Source: Kudoa neothunni (lineage: Eukaryota; Animalia; Cnidaria). From it: 64,000 nt of DNA. The notes beneath the pieces are model-generated. The model saw only the letters and a list, made by a program, of their open reading frames with translations, had not been told where the DNA came from and ran no database searches. The DNA lies in the NCBI GenBank assembly GCA_964304625.1, contig OZ199839.1, forward strand, positions 11,190,847 through 11,254,846. Reading direction: 5' to 3'. Both the position numbers and the translations under genes were made by a program. Positions 24,363 through 39,480 of the stretch are shown here, piece after piece (positions within the stretch are counted from its first letter, which is position 1; every line of letters begins with the position of its first letter).

Positions 24363-25074
24363 CAGTCAGTGTCCGGTTTTACGCACTTTTTTCCCGAACG
24401 TTTTTGAAAAATAGATGAATTTTGGTTAATGTTCAAAGTAATTAAATGAAATGAAATACGATCAAATAGAAACATAAAATAATAAAATATGTCCACAATA
24501 TCGCCCCCAAAGCTGCTACACTTGTAACTATAAATTACCAAGCATATCTTTTACATCCAACCCTTATGGCACCTTAAAAAACAAAAATAAAATTGTTTAA
24601 ATGATTGAACACGAACTGATTATTGTTGTCATTCGCGAATTCACTAAAATTAGTTTAAAAAATTGTCAAAGTTTGACAAACAAAGATCGATAGACCATGA
24701 TCACGTTGGTGAAAGCTGTTATATTTCAAAATATTTGGATGATTTTTTGTGATAAAAATAACTAATTATCTTATTTCTACGCGAAAGAAATTATTTGTTT
24801 CTTAAATGTAGGCAATTCAATTATATTAAATAGTTACGAATATTGTTGCGCGCGTGCGCAAATAACTACATAAAACTGGTTGTTACCAATTTCACACACA
24901 TTTTCCCCTTGATCTCGAAGGGATTACTCAAACGCAGTTAACGACTGTACTTTTATTTGAAAAAGATTAAACGTTTATAACAAAATTTGCGCATTTTAAT
25001 CATTTTGTTGAATAAATAATTGAATAATTTGTTGTGCCGCGCGCGCAAAAATGCGTAAAACCGGTCACTGATTG
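24363..25074. mobile_element. MITE, Tc1/mariner type with TA target duplication
   Basis: Left TA|CAGTCAGTGTCCGGTTTTACGCACTTTT; right end reverse-complemented CAATCAGTGACCGGTTTTACGCATTTTT followed by TA. 28-bp TIR with 3 mismatches and no transposase. Confidence 0.85.
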
Positions 25075-26214
25075 TAATAAGAAAGATTTAAGATAGTTAT
25101 CAAGGATAATAAGAAACTAAATAAGTACGAACACTCACTTCAATTAAAATTGAAACAATATAGAGGCAGTTGATACTGAATTATACATACAATTTTTAAA
25201 ATCAATCTGAAATTTGTTCAGGGTTAACTCTAATATTAAAATTAATTTGAAAATATTCATTATAATTTTTTATTGATGCACTCGTGATTTATTATCATTT
25301 AAACATATTAGTCGAAAATCTTTTTAAAAAATATTTATTTCATTTAAATATAAACGTCAACAAAGAGTGATTTAATTATTAAGTTACATATGAATATATC
25401 GATAAAAAATAAATTGTATATAACAATTTATTCAGTAATTTCAACTATAATCTATTCGGAATGAAACAACTGTATAAAATTAATCAAAAATGGATAAAAA
25501 TATTCATATAAGAGTAGAGAAATAGTTTATAATGAGACTCTATTACTATAAATATTCATTTATCATAAAATAATTGCATATTTTTGGGCTAGTTGTCGGT
25601 ATTTTCATTCCTTAAATTAGCTTTGAAATATATAGAGTTAATTGTGATTATATAATTGATATAAAAATACTCTACTGCGTAAGGATTATTGTTTTGTGGG
25701 TTGTGACCTCAAAAATTCTCTTGGATTAAGATATAAAATATAAGATATAATATTTAATCCAGTTATTAAGTCAGAATTTTTTATTTCACACATTTTGAGG
25801 AATTGGAATAAGGTGCGCAATTAAAATGAAGTGTTCATTAAAATATTCGTCTCATGTGCGCTCGAAAAAAATACTTGCATTATTTAATATTATTAATTAT
25901 TATGTTTATTGTATTTTAAAGTGAGAAATTTTTAGTTTAAACATTTAATAATATAACAAATAATTAAATGTTTCATTTATCATACAATATATATAAATTA
26001 AGTAGTTTGTAATCTCAAATTAAACTACAGAGATTTTTGTACCTACCAATTACTGAAAGATACTGTAAGATAGCGTGAAAAATAAATTTCCACGCCACAT
26101 ATGTAGTATTTTGGTGAGAAATTCATTCTGATTTTGAGTATTTGCCACCATGATACGTTTTATTTCCCAACACATTCGAAGAATACTACGCGTGTCAATA
26201 AAGTAGATAGCCTA

Positions 26215-26241
26215 ATATATATATATATATATATATATATA
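26215..26241. repeat. (TA)n microsatellite
   Basis: Visible run directly abutting a MITE end. Confidence 0.9.
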
Positions 26242-26892
26242 GTCGAACCTCAGTTATCCGGAAATCTCGCTATCCGCAGGAAATATTAAATCTTATTTGG
26301 ATTTTATTGGCATTACATGTGGATAAATGTTCGATTATCCGGGACCTCGGTAACCGGAAACCGGAAGAACTATTTAATCATATTTCAGGATAAAAATCCC
26401 ACCCATCATCTTACATAATCTTACAACATATTAAATTTATCATATACACAAACGCAATATTTAGAACAAAAATATTTCTAGATTGATTATTTATACATTT
26501 TTCTTGTGAAACTTAAGTAATATATTTAGTTCTTATAAATTTTTACTATATTCGAACATATGCCAGTATGTATTTTACGCAAATATTAATTACCATTTAT
26601 TTAAAAAAATAAGTTACTCCTCTGTAGACGTGTAAAAACTGCCCAAATTAAGTACTGTTTTTTCTTTAAGTCTTCGTATACTTAGTTAATAGATAAATCA
26701 ACATTTTTAATTTAAGTGGCAGAAATTAAAATATTTTACTTAATAAATATAAAAAATTGCTTATTAATCAAAAAAGGAATCTTTTAGATGGAAATTTAAA
26801 AAAATGCGCCTGCTCCGAACCTTGTTTAGGTTCGACTAACCGGAAAGAAAATCGCCGGCCCCAAATTTTCCGAATAATTGGGGGTTTGGCTA
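26240..26892. mobile_element. pogo/Tigger-type MITE
   Basis: Left TAGTCGAACCTCAGTTATCCGGAAA versus right end reverse-complemented TAGCCAAACCCCCAATTATTCGGAAA. Internal TTATCCG/AACCGGAA subterminal repeats. Confidence 0.6.
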
Positions 26893-28849
26893 TGTATGTA
26901 TATTAAGAATAATTATATAATCGTAATCTGATATATGAGATATTATTTAACTATGAGATGGAAAATTCAGAGTCAAACTTGCGGATTCTTCCTGTAATCG
27001 TTTAGTTCTAAGGTTATATCATTTAAATAATTAATTATACTTAGGTAATAAAGAAATTAGTATCATTTAAGAAGAATATCATTTCATAAATTCTTTCTAC
27101 AATTATGCAGTCCTTGACGAATTTTCCCTGTTTCAATATACTTTATTTATATTTAATTGAGTTCCATAATATTGTGTTGGTGACGGGAAAATTTCATTTA
27201 CTGCATAACTAACAATTCTTAATTAGTTAATTAATATATAAGTAATTATGTATTCGAATACGAAAAAGATTTCCAGTTGATAAATTGTAAGAATTAATGT
27301 TTACACAGGTGTGTAATATTAGGATGCGAAATGAGCGTAGTCCATTTTATTTAGTAATAATAAACGTTTCAATATGACATAATTGTTAAAATATATTTTT
27401 AGATAAATATAATGAATTAAGAACTAAAATGATATTAAGCGAATAAAAAAATTAACTTTATTGTTTCCTTAAATCCTATACTCTCGTCTAGCCCGAGCGT
27501 TGGCAGTATTATCAAACTTTAGTTATTGTCTTGCGGTCTTTTATAAGTAAACATGAGATACATTAAAACTACCTCAACAACATCAGTTCAAATTTAGACT
27601 CGATATGGATTGATGGCTAGTCAACTTTTGGCCCATCACTATTCAGTGTGTAAATTCTAGCTCAAATAAATCTTTGGTTGTTCCTATCAACTTATATCAT
27701 CGTAAAGATTAGGTATTGTGTAAATACAAATCGCTCTTGAGGTGTAGATTTAGAGATCTTTTATCATGAACATTGATTATAAATATGTAAAATGCTTCTT
27801 TAAAACATTCCGTTAATGATTATGAAAATAATAAACAACTCAAAGCGCTAGATCTATGACATTTATTTAGACATCTTACACTAAAATACAACGTAAGCAA
27901 CTCCAGCCTTAAAACTTGAGCTAGCTAGCTAATCACAAAACGTTTAATGCATGCAGTGTTCAGAAAAACGCTTCTATGTGGGGAAACGTTATTTGAAAAA
28001 AATATCTACACTAGCTGACATATAGAAGGCATAAACCTACAACACCCTTCCATAAACATCCCCAGTAGTCAATAGATCAGGATGCGTACTGGATGACTAG
28101 ATGCAGAGCAATGCGAGGTCATCACAATGCCTACAATTGCGCAGCGATAAATTATATGGCAAAACGGAATTCGGTCTAGAAGAAGAACAGAATAATATGA
28201 ATAAAGTCAATCATAGAGATATATGTCCGCATTAACATAGGCGTGGTGCATTGTTTTTAATCATATTGACTTCATCCTCGCGCATGTCGTTTCAGTATTT
28301 ATTCATCTTAAGATTAGATCTGTCAATGAAATGACGTCATACCAACCTATTTAAATGAATAACAATGTATGATTAAATTTTTATACAGAAAAAAATGGAA
28401 AATATATGTTAAAAATTTTAAAAAATAATAGAAACAAAATAACCAGTACTTTTTAACGCGTTTTAGAGAGGTTGAAATAATCCAGTTTAGTTAGTATACA
28501 TTCAATTTAATATTAATTCGATTTATTTGAATTAAAAAGAACACAAAAATGTTAACAAATTGACAAAAATCATTTATAAATCTACAATTGGCATTTAGTT
28601 TATTTATTTATCCAACATGCTTAGTCGGTTAATACAGTAGTTCAACATCATATTGCAACCAGTGCTCGCGGTAAAAAGTGATGTCTGGCCATTGTTCAAG
28701 CTACTCAGAGTTTACAACTTCAACTATTAGAATTCTACCAAGGAAACGATATTCAAAAATTGATTCCACCACAAGTGCAGCAATTGTTAAATTTTACAAT
28801 GTTTGATTGTGTTAATTTGTAATTATATTAAATTTTATTTTAAAGAAGG

Positions 28850-29757
28850 GAAATGCCAAAGTAGCAGATTGTTGATGCCATCAAATGCCACCCTAGTACT
28901 GTTGGTCGAATAATAAAATAGTTAGATGCCACATTTGATGCTTCTAAAAAAGGCAGGTGGAGATAGACGATCTATAATAAACATTGAACTAGAAAAATAT
29001 ATATTTGAATGTGTCGAATACATTAGCATTATCACATTAAAATAAAATACCAAATATATGTGTCGAGGCAAATCATAAGCAATGTTTTGGGGAGTTTCAA
29101 TTACTCCCTAAAAATATATCACTAGTCACTGTTGCTCGAAATTCGCCTGAAAACATCATTAAACGAAAAAAGTTGTTGCTATTAATTTATTTTTAATCTA
29201 AATTTATTTTAGGTATGTTTTTCAATATCTTAATTTAAAGCCAGAGTTACCCCATATTGTGTTCATCGATGAATCTGGATTTTCGCTGTCAACGCGAAGA
29301 ACCTTTGGTCGATCATTAGTTGGAACTAGATCAAAGAACATCACTTTAATAGCAGCTATCGCCTACAACAAACTTTGGACCTTCAAATTATATGAAGGAT
29401 CAGTGAATTCAAAAGTTTTTTCAAATTATATCAATCAACTTTTCTTCGATTTTGATGAGAATAACGTTCCAAATTCATTAATAATCGTGGGAAATGTGAA
29501 GGTTCATAAAACTGATGCTGTTGTGAGCATTATTAATACGAGTAGACACAAAGTTCTCTTTCTTCCACCATATTCCCCCTTCTTAAACTCCACTGAAGAG
29601 TTATTTCATCAACTTAAATCCACGAAATAAAAATGATTTGATTACAGCAATAGAGAACTCACCCTAAGAAATATTTTCTCAGCAATGTTCGAATTATTTT
29701 ATTCACGCAGAAACGTTCTTCACTAGATGTCTTAATTCTGAAATTATCGAAAATTAA
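28850..29757 (+). pseudogene. Tc1/IS630-like transposase, degenerate
   Basis: VFIDESGF...RTFGRS, NITLIAAI, IIVGNVKVHK (second catalytic D changed to G), FLPPYSPFLNSTEELFHQLK. The upstream HTH region is disrupted. Confidence 0.85.
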
Positions 29758-30208
29758 CTATCATACATAAATTATATTTTGTTGTTTTGGGAATATATTT
29801 CTTTGTTGGGGGCAGCTTATTGTATTGTATTAAACTAATGGATTAAATTGCGTCCAATTCAGAAAAGAAAAATAAACTTTTATAAAAGGGACGAATTGGA
29901 TGAGAAATGTTAATTATTTTAAAATAAATATTCATTAATAAATGATTTCTTCCAGATAAATGTCGATATGTGCTTCTACATAATTGATGTAAACCTGAAT
30001 AAGGATGCTTATAAATCAATCAAGATTCCTCGAGAAAAATTATGTTTTCAGTGCATAAAATTACGTAATATTTTGGTTATTTTGAAATATTGATATTATG
30101 CCAAAATAAAAACCCAAGTTAAAATATTTAAGTTTTCCCTTTTTTTGAGCATTAAAATAAATTTATTGAATTAAATACACCTTTTTAGATCAAACTATGT
30201 TGTTTTAA

Positions 30209-31260
30209 CCCTTAAACATTAACCCTGGACATCACGATCCCATTTCTGAATAAAACTGGATTTAAATTTGACCATTTTGATCCCAAATATTAACCGGATT
30301 CTCCCAGCACATTGTTTGTCCAGCAATAATGACTTCTTCTGATGCAGAAAGTATATCTTAAAGTGAAATTGAAAAGTTATTGCAGAAAGAAAAAGAGTAT
30401 GAATTTTTTAATCCTAAATCATTGAGTAATTTTATTTGTAAGGATTTTGCATTATATTTCTATTCATAGATGATATTGACACTACAAACGAATGCACCCC
30501 AATGGATGAAAATCATATAAGTTCCACTTCTTATATTACAAAAGACAAATCTTAGTCTGATCTCCAAAATCCAGACCTGGAAGAACTGCCAATCAAAATA
30601 TTATCAATAATGACCTAGAGGAAGGAAAACCTATTGAAACATTGGACACAACAACCATATCGAGCTCATTTTCACATTTTATAAGAGACGAGATGCTCGA
30701 AGAAATTTTACTGTTCACAAACCGTAAAGGTTTTGAAAAATATAATGATTCACGGAAGACCACTATTTCGTGCCCCAATGAGTGAAATGAGATTTCAAAT
30801 ATCTTAAATTGCTTGTGCTTTGATGAATATTGGAAGCGTAATAAGTTACCAAATTCAGCATATAAATTTCCCTCATCAGTAAACAGTTTGGAAATTTTTC
30901 TGCAATCTGTGGGAATAGTTCGATCCCTAGACCTAATTTGACAGCAGATGAACAATTATATCCGTTCCGAGAGCGTGTATCATTTCTTGTTTACATGTCA
31001 AAAAAACCATCCAAATGTGGGTTAAAATTTTGAATCGTATGTGATAGTCAAACACGTTAAGTATCCAATTTTTTACCTTACATGGGTAAAATTGATGATT
31101 GCCGTGGAACAAATTTAAGTTTTAAAGTTGTTATTGGCTTGACTCAACATTTGATGGACTTGGGAAGAACTATTGCATATGATAATTAATATTTCATTTC
31201 CTGGAAGCTAGTTCTATATCTACGATAAAAAACACCATTAGTTAATTTAAAAATATTTTA
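30209..31260 (+). pseudogene. piggyBac transposase remnant
   Basis: TTAA|CCCTT at 30205-30213. Plus-strand fragments FIRDEMLEEILLFTN and PNLTADEQLYPFRERVSFLVYMSKKPSKCGLKF*IVCD, with stops and frameshifts. Confidence 0.8.
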
Positions 31261-31538
31261 TTTATATTCTTAATGGTCAAATAAATTTGAGAAATAAATA
31301 ATTTATTCTAATCTTGTTTGTACGTTAATTATGCAACATTTTCTCAAATAACGAACTACACGTCACTACAAACCACCCGTCAACCACTGTAGTGGAAGAG
31401 TTGATTTAAGATTAAATTATAATATCGCATTCAACGTACGTTAATCCCTAGGCTCCAAGGGCCCAGGGTAGATGTTTACAAGAGCGCCAGGAGATTAGTA
31501 TTTAAGGATTAATTAAGTAATGCCTATTATAATCTTAA

Positions 31539-32668
31539 CCCTCGCTGTCCGGAGTACGGCCCGCGTGGAACCCAAATCCGATTAATTTGAATCTAGTCTT
31601 GAGTAGACAAATCTAAGCCCTCTGTAAATTTCGGAATCCTCTAGAAGTTTTAAACACTTCGGACGGCTTACAAAATTACATTTAAAAATATTATTGTCGG
31701 CAGATTTTAAAGATTTTTATGCCTCTACTGACAAAAATATGTTTCGCTTTTAAGCAAAACACATATACACAGAGTAAATATATTTTTATCTTATAATCGT
31801 AGATTTAAAAGTTTAAGATGTAACATTTAATTGAGTAAATGATGAATCTTAGCATATTATAGAACTTCACCACGGATTACCGACTCTTGATGCAAAAACA
31901 ACTTATCTAATTTCCGGATGTACTTTTCGTGACTATAAGCTTGTCTCTAGGAGGGCGCAAGTAGTTCCTCTGGTCAACTTTTAATTGTATTGATTATTAG
32001 AGAGAATCAAGAATGTAGTTTAAAAATCGTGGAATTTTCGGTCGTTTCATTTAACTTTGTCACTATGGATACCTACTTCTGATATTATTAAATTTATAAG
32101 GAGAATGTTTAAAACAGAGAAATAAAGTGAAAAATAAGGATTACTTAACAGAAGTAACACGACAAATCTAGTGTTTTCAAATAACAAGTTATGTCTGACA
32201 AGAAAAGATGTATAAGTTAAATTTCAATAGTTAATTTTATCTTTGCCTTAAAAAATTACGTTAAATTATAAATAAGAGCCAAGGCATGTATATTCAATTT
32301 ATTCAGTTTAATCTGTTTAGTGTCAATTTGTTATTTCCGATTTCATACGAAAAAGCTGCCGCCGTTGATGTGCATTCGGACCACTTTTACTTGCAATTTC
32401 TTATTTAGAAGTAGTTTTCACTTTCAAAACTACTTTTTTTCAGATGAAAACTGTTTAATTTGAATGTTTGTGCCGTTAGATTCTTTCTTATTTTTAAATA
32501 ACCAATTAAATTTCCTACGCAGAACATCTTATAAATATTTGAAAAACTGTTTAAAACATGGCACAAAGAAACTAAAAACCATTGAGACAATTTTTTTCTG
32601 GAGTCCGGGCGGACCCCGCCGAAACATGCGTAATTTTTTCTCACGTCGTACCGTACGCTGTAGACTAA
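31539..32668. mobile_element. Possible non-autonomous piggyBac-like element
   Basis: TTAA|CCCTCG at 31535-31544 with a GC-rich subterminal motif. A similar GAGTCCGGGCGGACCCC motif and a CGTAATTTTTT tract occur at about 32600-32640. The right TIR is degenerate. Confidence 0.3.
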
Positions 32669-33692
32669 CACAAACATTTCTATTCTATTAATTATACCTA
32701 TTTTGTAAAGTTTAATCTAATATTAAATAATTGAAAAATAATATGTCACATTTAACATTTTTATGATAACTGTGACAAATTTTTCATCAACATTAAAATC
32801 CGGTAATCCTTTATTTGATATTTTAATTGGTTGAGCTTAAGTTGCCGTAAGTTAGACGGCACGTTAAAATACATTTGTTTGATTGTTGGACATTTCTTTT
32901 ATGATTAACAGGAATAGCACGATGGATAAATGGTTGGGTGCGGAACCGATTTTGAAAATTCAGCAAAAGCTTAGATATTACGAAGTAAATCGGGATTTGA
33001 GACCTACTATGCTTAATAGGCCATTAAAATTCATCTCAATTAGAGTATTAATCTTGAAAGTGTGTGAACTTCTGAATCTATAAAATCTTTGAATAAAATA
33101 AAAACATTGATTAAAGCATCAACTACGTTATATCGAGACTCTATTTTAGATGATACTGCAAATATCCACTAATACTCTCTGCCGAGTTCGCATGACAAAC
33201 AACGATTCAAATTAATCTATTAATATTTTTAAAAATCAGAGATTATCTGATTTCTTTTGATAAAATTTCGGGTTCTCTGATTGCTGTTATAAATACATAT
33301 TCAGTTTTCACCGGTGTCTGTGCATTTTTCCCATTGTCAAGCCATGTCGGTTGTTAATGGTATATGATAATTAAATATTATTATAATCCCACTTTATTAT
33401 GTTTTTCTAGCAAATCTTCATAAAGCCCAGATAATGCGGTGTGTGTTTGTACTTGCAGTAATTTATCGGAATTTCCCAATCATATAAAGTATTAGCATTA
33501 ATCGCAAATACTATAATACTATCCGTTAACATTTTGATTGTTTAAAATTAATTAACAATTTTACACTTAGCTACACCGCATAAACTCTCTAAGGATAAAT
33601 ATATTGATTGTGTGTGGATTTATTTATGAACTGGAACCACCGTGTTCATAACTGGAATAAATATCTGATTAAGCAATATAGTAATCTCACTA

Positions 33693-35826
33693 ATGTCCAC
33701 ATTGAAGGATAGCCATTTGTATATTTTGTAGTAGAAGCAGAAATTATTATTTTAATCACAAATCAAATCATCTTCCCCACACACGATAATATTTGGTCCG
33801 AATGAAACCAACTAGAATCGATGAAGACCATCAAAATCTTCTCCCCAAATCAGTGTCTTCTATCGACCTGTTGTTATCATTGGAGAATGAGATGGAAGCA
33901 ATAAATCTTGAATTCTTGAATGAGAATAAATGTCGTGGTAGGAAATCGGCGGATTCATACCACAAAGCTCCTGCATCAACATTTATAAAAGCCAGAAAAT
34001 CAACCCCATCAAATCCGTAATATTTATTCAAACAATGCGGGTTGAAATCAAAACTCAAATGATATTTTAGAAATGCATTACCCTCGCCAAAATTGCTTCA
34101 CAGTCCCATCTATCGTAGAGATACGTTGGGTGATATAAACATACCAATGACTACTGTTGAAGATGACTTTTATGAATCTCGTCCCGAGTATAAAGTTGTT
34201 GCTCAATTCAACCACAAAGACATACGATTCTATCACCAACATCCGTATGACAATTGTAGCACATGTTATATGGGAACTCATCATGCGGAGAAAGATGGTT
34301 GCCTATGCTTCACGCTGACCTACAACCACATATGGGAAATGAGCTTTTATAATTCAAAATCTGGGATGATGAATAAAAATCCGAATGACTATTTGTAAGG
34401 AGGAATCATCTTTTGTGCATTCTGTATCTAGCTTAATTTTAGTGTAAATCAAATCAGTAGTTTTATGCACCAAATGAGAGAGAACAATGAACATTTGAAC
34501 TCGCCTAAAACAGCAAAGCTGTACAACAAATATATGAAGGAATCGCATATTGATAGCCCTTCTAATGTGTCGGGCTTTTTCAAAAAAAGTAAGCTGACTT
34601 TTGAGCTATGCGTCATATGTTATTGTGCGATTTAGTTTTAAAGAAAATTGTTCAAAACAACAAAACTCAAAGTCCAACTTCTGAATCATCTTCATCAACA
34701 AGTACTCAACTGAATCCTAGCATTCTTGTAGTGGTAGTAGTAATAATAATAACAACTGTTGTTATCGGTAGTTTTACTGAATGAAGATGATTTGAATTGG
34801 ATTGAGGATGATAGTTATAATTGTTGCTATGTGTTGATCGAATACCGGGGCAGTTATGTTCCTCATTTGGATATGAAAACATTCTATTTCAGAACCACTA
34901 AGGAATAGTATGTTAGAGTTGTTATTGGGGCACGATTGATTTCCAATCTGCATGTAGTGCTAATAAAATTCATTATTTCTTACGTAGTGGGGTTCTCACT
35001 ATAGTGAACAAGAGTAATATTCCGCCACAGTAACTATACAATCGGATTTTGTTTTGTCAATTTTAAATTCCATAAATTGTTGTAGAACTTTAATTGAATC
35101 GTTTAACTTTGAAGAATTCGCTTACTCCGATCGAATTCTCACTAGAGATCTCCTTAAAAAAGTATTAAATTCGTTCGATCGGTTATTTTATTGTTCTACT
35201 TTACATTTATTAGTTGCGTTATTTTTTGAAACCGTCTTCCATGTGCAAACCACTATTTCTTGCCTATAGCACCAAATCCCATGGTACCACTCTGAACACA
35301 CTCCTAAACAGATGTGCCAACTACTACAACTACCCATGCATACTTATTATCAAAGATTACAATGGAATAGTATGATTAATATCATTTTTGAGTAGACTTG
35401 TAAGTTGTGACTAATGTTTTTGTTGTTGTAGGTATTTGGCGCCACTCTCTCAGAAACTCCTAATCTTAACCACCGAGAACACTATTTCGGTGATGGATCA
35501 TGTTGTGTTTTTCGATGCCCAAATAATAGTGACACCATCGATGTCTATCGCTGGAGCTATGAAAAAGACTATTTTATAGTTTGTGACCGAACCTATTTAG
35601 CAATTGGTGCATCATCAGAGTAGTTTCATTCGGCTTTGATATTTGTATTGAAAATCAATTTAGCATGTCACAATATGGATACGCAATATGGTTGAGTCAG
35701 GATCTATACACTGGAACCACTGAAAAATCAACCACCTTCAAAAATCCACCTCTCACCTCACAAATTTTTCATGTCGTTGACCTAGAGGTATGGGTATTCG
35801 GTCAACAGTGTCTAATAAACCACTAG
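33693..35826 (+). CDS. TLDc-domain protein (OXR1/NCOA7-like), paralogue A; start uncertain
   Basis: Spliced C-terminus LFLAYSTKSHGTTLNTLLNRC...CILIIKDYNGIVFGA...YFGDGSCCVFR...VYRWSYEKDYFI...LAIG...AIWLSQDLYTGTTEKSTTFKNPPL...LEVWVF matches the TLDc consensus. Confidence 0.85.
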
Positions 35827-36989
35827 CACTCATTCATTCACTTATTACTGTTAATATATTTTCTATGAGTTATTTTTCCTTCACCAACTTAAAAACTTTT
35901 ATACATCTACACGTTGTATATTTTTCTTGCTTTTAAATAAATTTTATTCAAAGTTCACATTATTTGACACAACATATTATACTGATTAAATTGATAGGTA
36001 TACATGAGATGTTTATTTCTCTTGATGATCGATCAATTAAAAACTATCGTATAGCTTCGAGACTACTTCAAGTTTTAGGAAAAATATTTTTAACGCAATA
36101 ACAAATTGTTATAGAACAACTGTGATTGTTGAGTTAGCAAAAAAAGTTTGTGTAAATCTAATTTATCACTATAGTTAATTATGGGCGATGGAAAAATAAA
36201 AATCCATTGAGTGTTTCATTTCACGCACTCTAAAAAAACAATATGATTTTAATATTTCTAACTATAGTATGCATATAATGCTTTTTTAATATATTGATAA
36301 AAGAGTTTATTTCTAGGTAATCTTATAATCACGCGTCTGGTTGATTTTACGTGGAATTTTCTTGTTATATTAAAAAAAATGGATTAACGATGTTTAATAA
36401 TTAACAAAATTGAATAAAATAACAAAAATATTAAATACAATTATAATATCATGAAATACTTCCGCAATATTCCCCAAAGACCAGTCAACTCTGTTATTAT
36501 CAAGCACATTAACATATCCTATATTTATAGCCTAACCCTCTAAGGTAAGGGTTCTCAAACATTTTTTAAAATTTACCCCTTTACTTGGAAACCAAATTCC
36601 TATTTACTATAAGGTTGTATATTGGTTTAGCTAAGGCAGAGGCTTTTTAAGTGGCAATTTCTAATCCAACAAAGCATGTACGTCTGTGTTATAACAATTA
36701 TTAATCCCTGCAACTCTTATTCACAAACTGTTTAGAGATTTAATTTTTTGGACATGGCCAAATTAAATTATTTCTGGCCTATTCCTACGTTCTTAGGGAT
36801 TATAAATACACAAAAATAGTCAACGTTAATCACGCCGGAATATTATTTACAATGCAAACGGCTATTTTAAGTATTTATAATATTATTATCATTATGGCTG
36901 AAATTTGGTCTAAACCCCCTAATCCTCAATAAAATAATGCTTATATGTATTATAAAAACAAATTTAATACAAAACGCAACAAAAACGCT

Positions 36990-37900
36990 AGTAATAGTTT
37001 TTTGATTGTAGATTAATTTTTAGAGATTGTATGAAACCACTTCATAAGTCATGTTTATTTTTTTCATCTCCGTTGAAATTCACCAAGAATGTCATCCATA
37101 CGAACAGTTTCATCCTCATTAACTGATAAGGTTCGATTTCTTGGAGATATTCGGAATTTTATGGCATCCCAAGGGCCTCCAATAATATTGGTGGGAACCC
37201 CCGAAACACAATCTACATATTTTATACTGTGGTTAACAGTGAGATGAGTATAGAAATTATGAAGTGTAGGGTAGCTTTTGAAACAGTCAGTGATGATAAT
37301 GGGGCCTGGTTTGACATAGGTTTTTATTTTTTTATTAGAGTTTCGGCGGTTCCATCAGGGACCTCCACTAGAAAAATTCTTCTTTCGGGTGTCCGTTCGA
37401 CACCTCCAAGAACCCATGCCCCATTAACACCATGGTCTTTGTTGTGCTTTATTTTACCAAACTTCGACTCGCCAATTTCTACAATTGTGTTTTCTCCTCC
37501 AATTATGATGTCCTCGAATCCTAAACTGTCGGCCATCATTTGTCTAAGATAGTGCGAATAGTTTGTGATAATTTGAGAAGAGTGTCCACTTACAATGATC
37601 AAGTTAAAGGTTTTTACACCCACTAACCAACAATAAGTCAACTCCATGAAATTGTTAACGTTAAGTTTCATATTTTTGAAGATTGTATAGTCAAAAATGA
37701 AGAATTCTTTCCTGCAAGACTTAGCACAACATCGCCAATTTTTTCTGTGAATCAAAAATCTGATTCCACCACACTTAAACACTTAATGCAACTAGTTGGC
37801 TCCTTAAGAGCGCCATATTCAATAAGATAATTTATGGAATTTTTCTCTTCACTGCAAATTTTATTGAATACCTTTATTGGTGTAATCATTGTTGTGTGGT
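36990..37900 (-). pseudogene. Merlin/IS1595 (ISXO2-like) transposase, degenerate
   Basis: IGGENTIVEIGESKFGKIKHNKDHGVNGAWVLGGVERTPERRIFLVEVPDGTAETL (catalytic D of EIDES changed to G); TVNHSINM*IVFRGFP and IIGGPWDAIK remnants further on; N-terminal Zn-ribbon C..CGG...WRCCAKSC. Confidence 0.9.
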
Positions 37901-38299
37901 TTGTTTGTAAATATCGACTTAATTCTTATATAACGTGTTTGGGAGGCGGTACTCCTGATGGTGCGGTATTAATGTTAGCGGCAGTAAACAAACGATTAGC
38001 TCCACCGTTAATCTCGATAATGTCATAGGATTATATGTAGCGGATAGAAAATGTGATCCATTATTATTATTATTATCTTTATTAAAAAACATCCCTAAAA
38101 GATAACCGAGGCATAAATTAAAGAATGATAATAGTTATATAAATAGTTGTTAAATACTTATCGCTAAAATCATTCTAAACGTTACTGACAATTTCCTATT
38201 AAGCTTAATAGCCCTAAATAATGTATAGTCGTGTTTTGATATTGCGTAATCATTTGGGATCTGGGAAAAGTTACCCAGTAGGAAAACATTACGCAATAT

Positions 38300-39480
38300 G
38301 TAATCACATGCGCGCGCACAACAACTTCTAATTTAACATTTCTTACAAAATAACTCATCTGTTTTGTAATTTTTATACTTTTATTGATAATTTCGCGTAA
38401 GGCATCCCTAACTTGATGTACGCAAAACAATTCATTAGGATCCTCAATAACACGTTTTTCGCGGATTTATAAGATTTTATACTTGAATCGTTGTGTATGA
38501 GATCAGGATGCTTACTCCAAAAAGTAAATTTACCTTGATTATTTCTATTTCTATTTCAATTTCAATTTCAATGTATAATTTTATTTTTTTCCGGCATAAT
38601 AACATCATTACATATTATTATTTACACATATGAATAGTAAAATTTTTCTGTTAATTACTCTATAATGTTATTTCACCATAACATTACTTTAAAGTTCTAT
38701 CTTAGTCATTTGTCAATAAAATTGAATAAAAAACTCAATTATTTTTGTTTGAAAATAGGTGTCTTATTAACTCAATTACTAATTTTTGAACCACAACCAC
38801 CCCGAGCTTATTTTAACGTATTTAAGTAATCGAACACGCCATATTTAAATATTTATGAGTCCTCCTCTCCGAATAGCATATTTACGCATAATATTTCTCT
38901 CTGATTGGCTTTTAACCGTGAGCTATTCCCAGATCAATTGGTCGCACCACATAAACGGTGTTTTTGATAGAAATAGAAGCTGGATATTATCGAAATAATC
39001 GATCGATTAATGACAATCTGTGCACCGTTCTAATAAAGTTAAAACCTTTCTGTTTTCTTAATGAACCTCTGGTTTATTAATTTTAAGGATCTGATAAAAT
39101 ATAAATGAAGATAATAACGCATTCGAGTACGAATGACATTAAACTGAAAGCCCTATAATTCCCCTAAAACAATGCTTTTACATCGGTTATTGTAGAAGTG
39201 ATAAACATCGTAGCATGCTTTCGAATTGTTTTACACCCTTACACTGTGCCAATTTATAATGGTGGGCGTACGCTATATCAACGGTTCATTAAAATGAGCC
39301 GCCTCATTCAAATTTTATCTGTATTCCCGACTGCGTCTTGACAAAATCTTGGGAAAATTTCCCATCCATTGATAAATATATTTAAAATTAAAGCTTTCCA
39401 TCTCCGTGCAATTTGAGTTTTGCAGAAAGTAGTAACGCATTCTGTAATTATTAAACCAACGCTCACTCCCGTTAAAATCT
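38300..39480 (-). mobile_element. Possible heavily decayed DNA transposon (Mutator-like?)
   Basis: Less AT-rich tract with weak fragments such as DNIQLLFLSK..MWCD and KHPDLI, reminiscent of MULE transposases. No intact motif. Confidence 0.2.

Noticed and set aside
27480-28330. Less AT-rich tract suggestive of a decayed non-LTR retroelement
   Set aside because: I could not recover any convincing RT or endonuclease motif.
30593-30955. 120-aa minus-strand ORF
   Set aside because: Antisense shadow of the piggyBac remnant on the plus strand.
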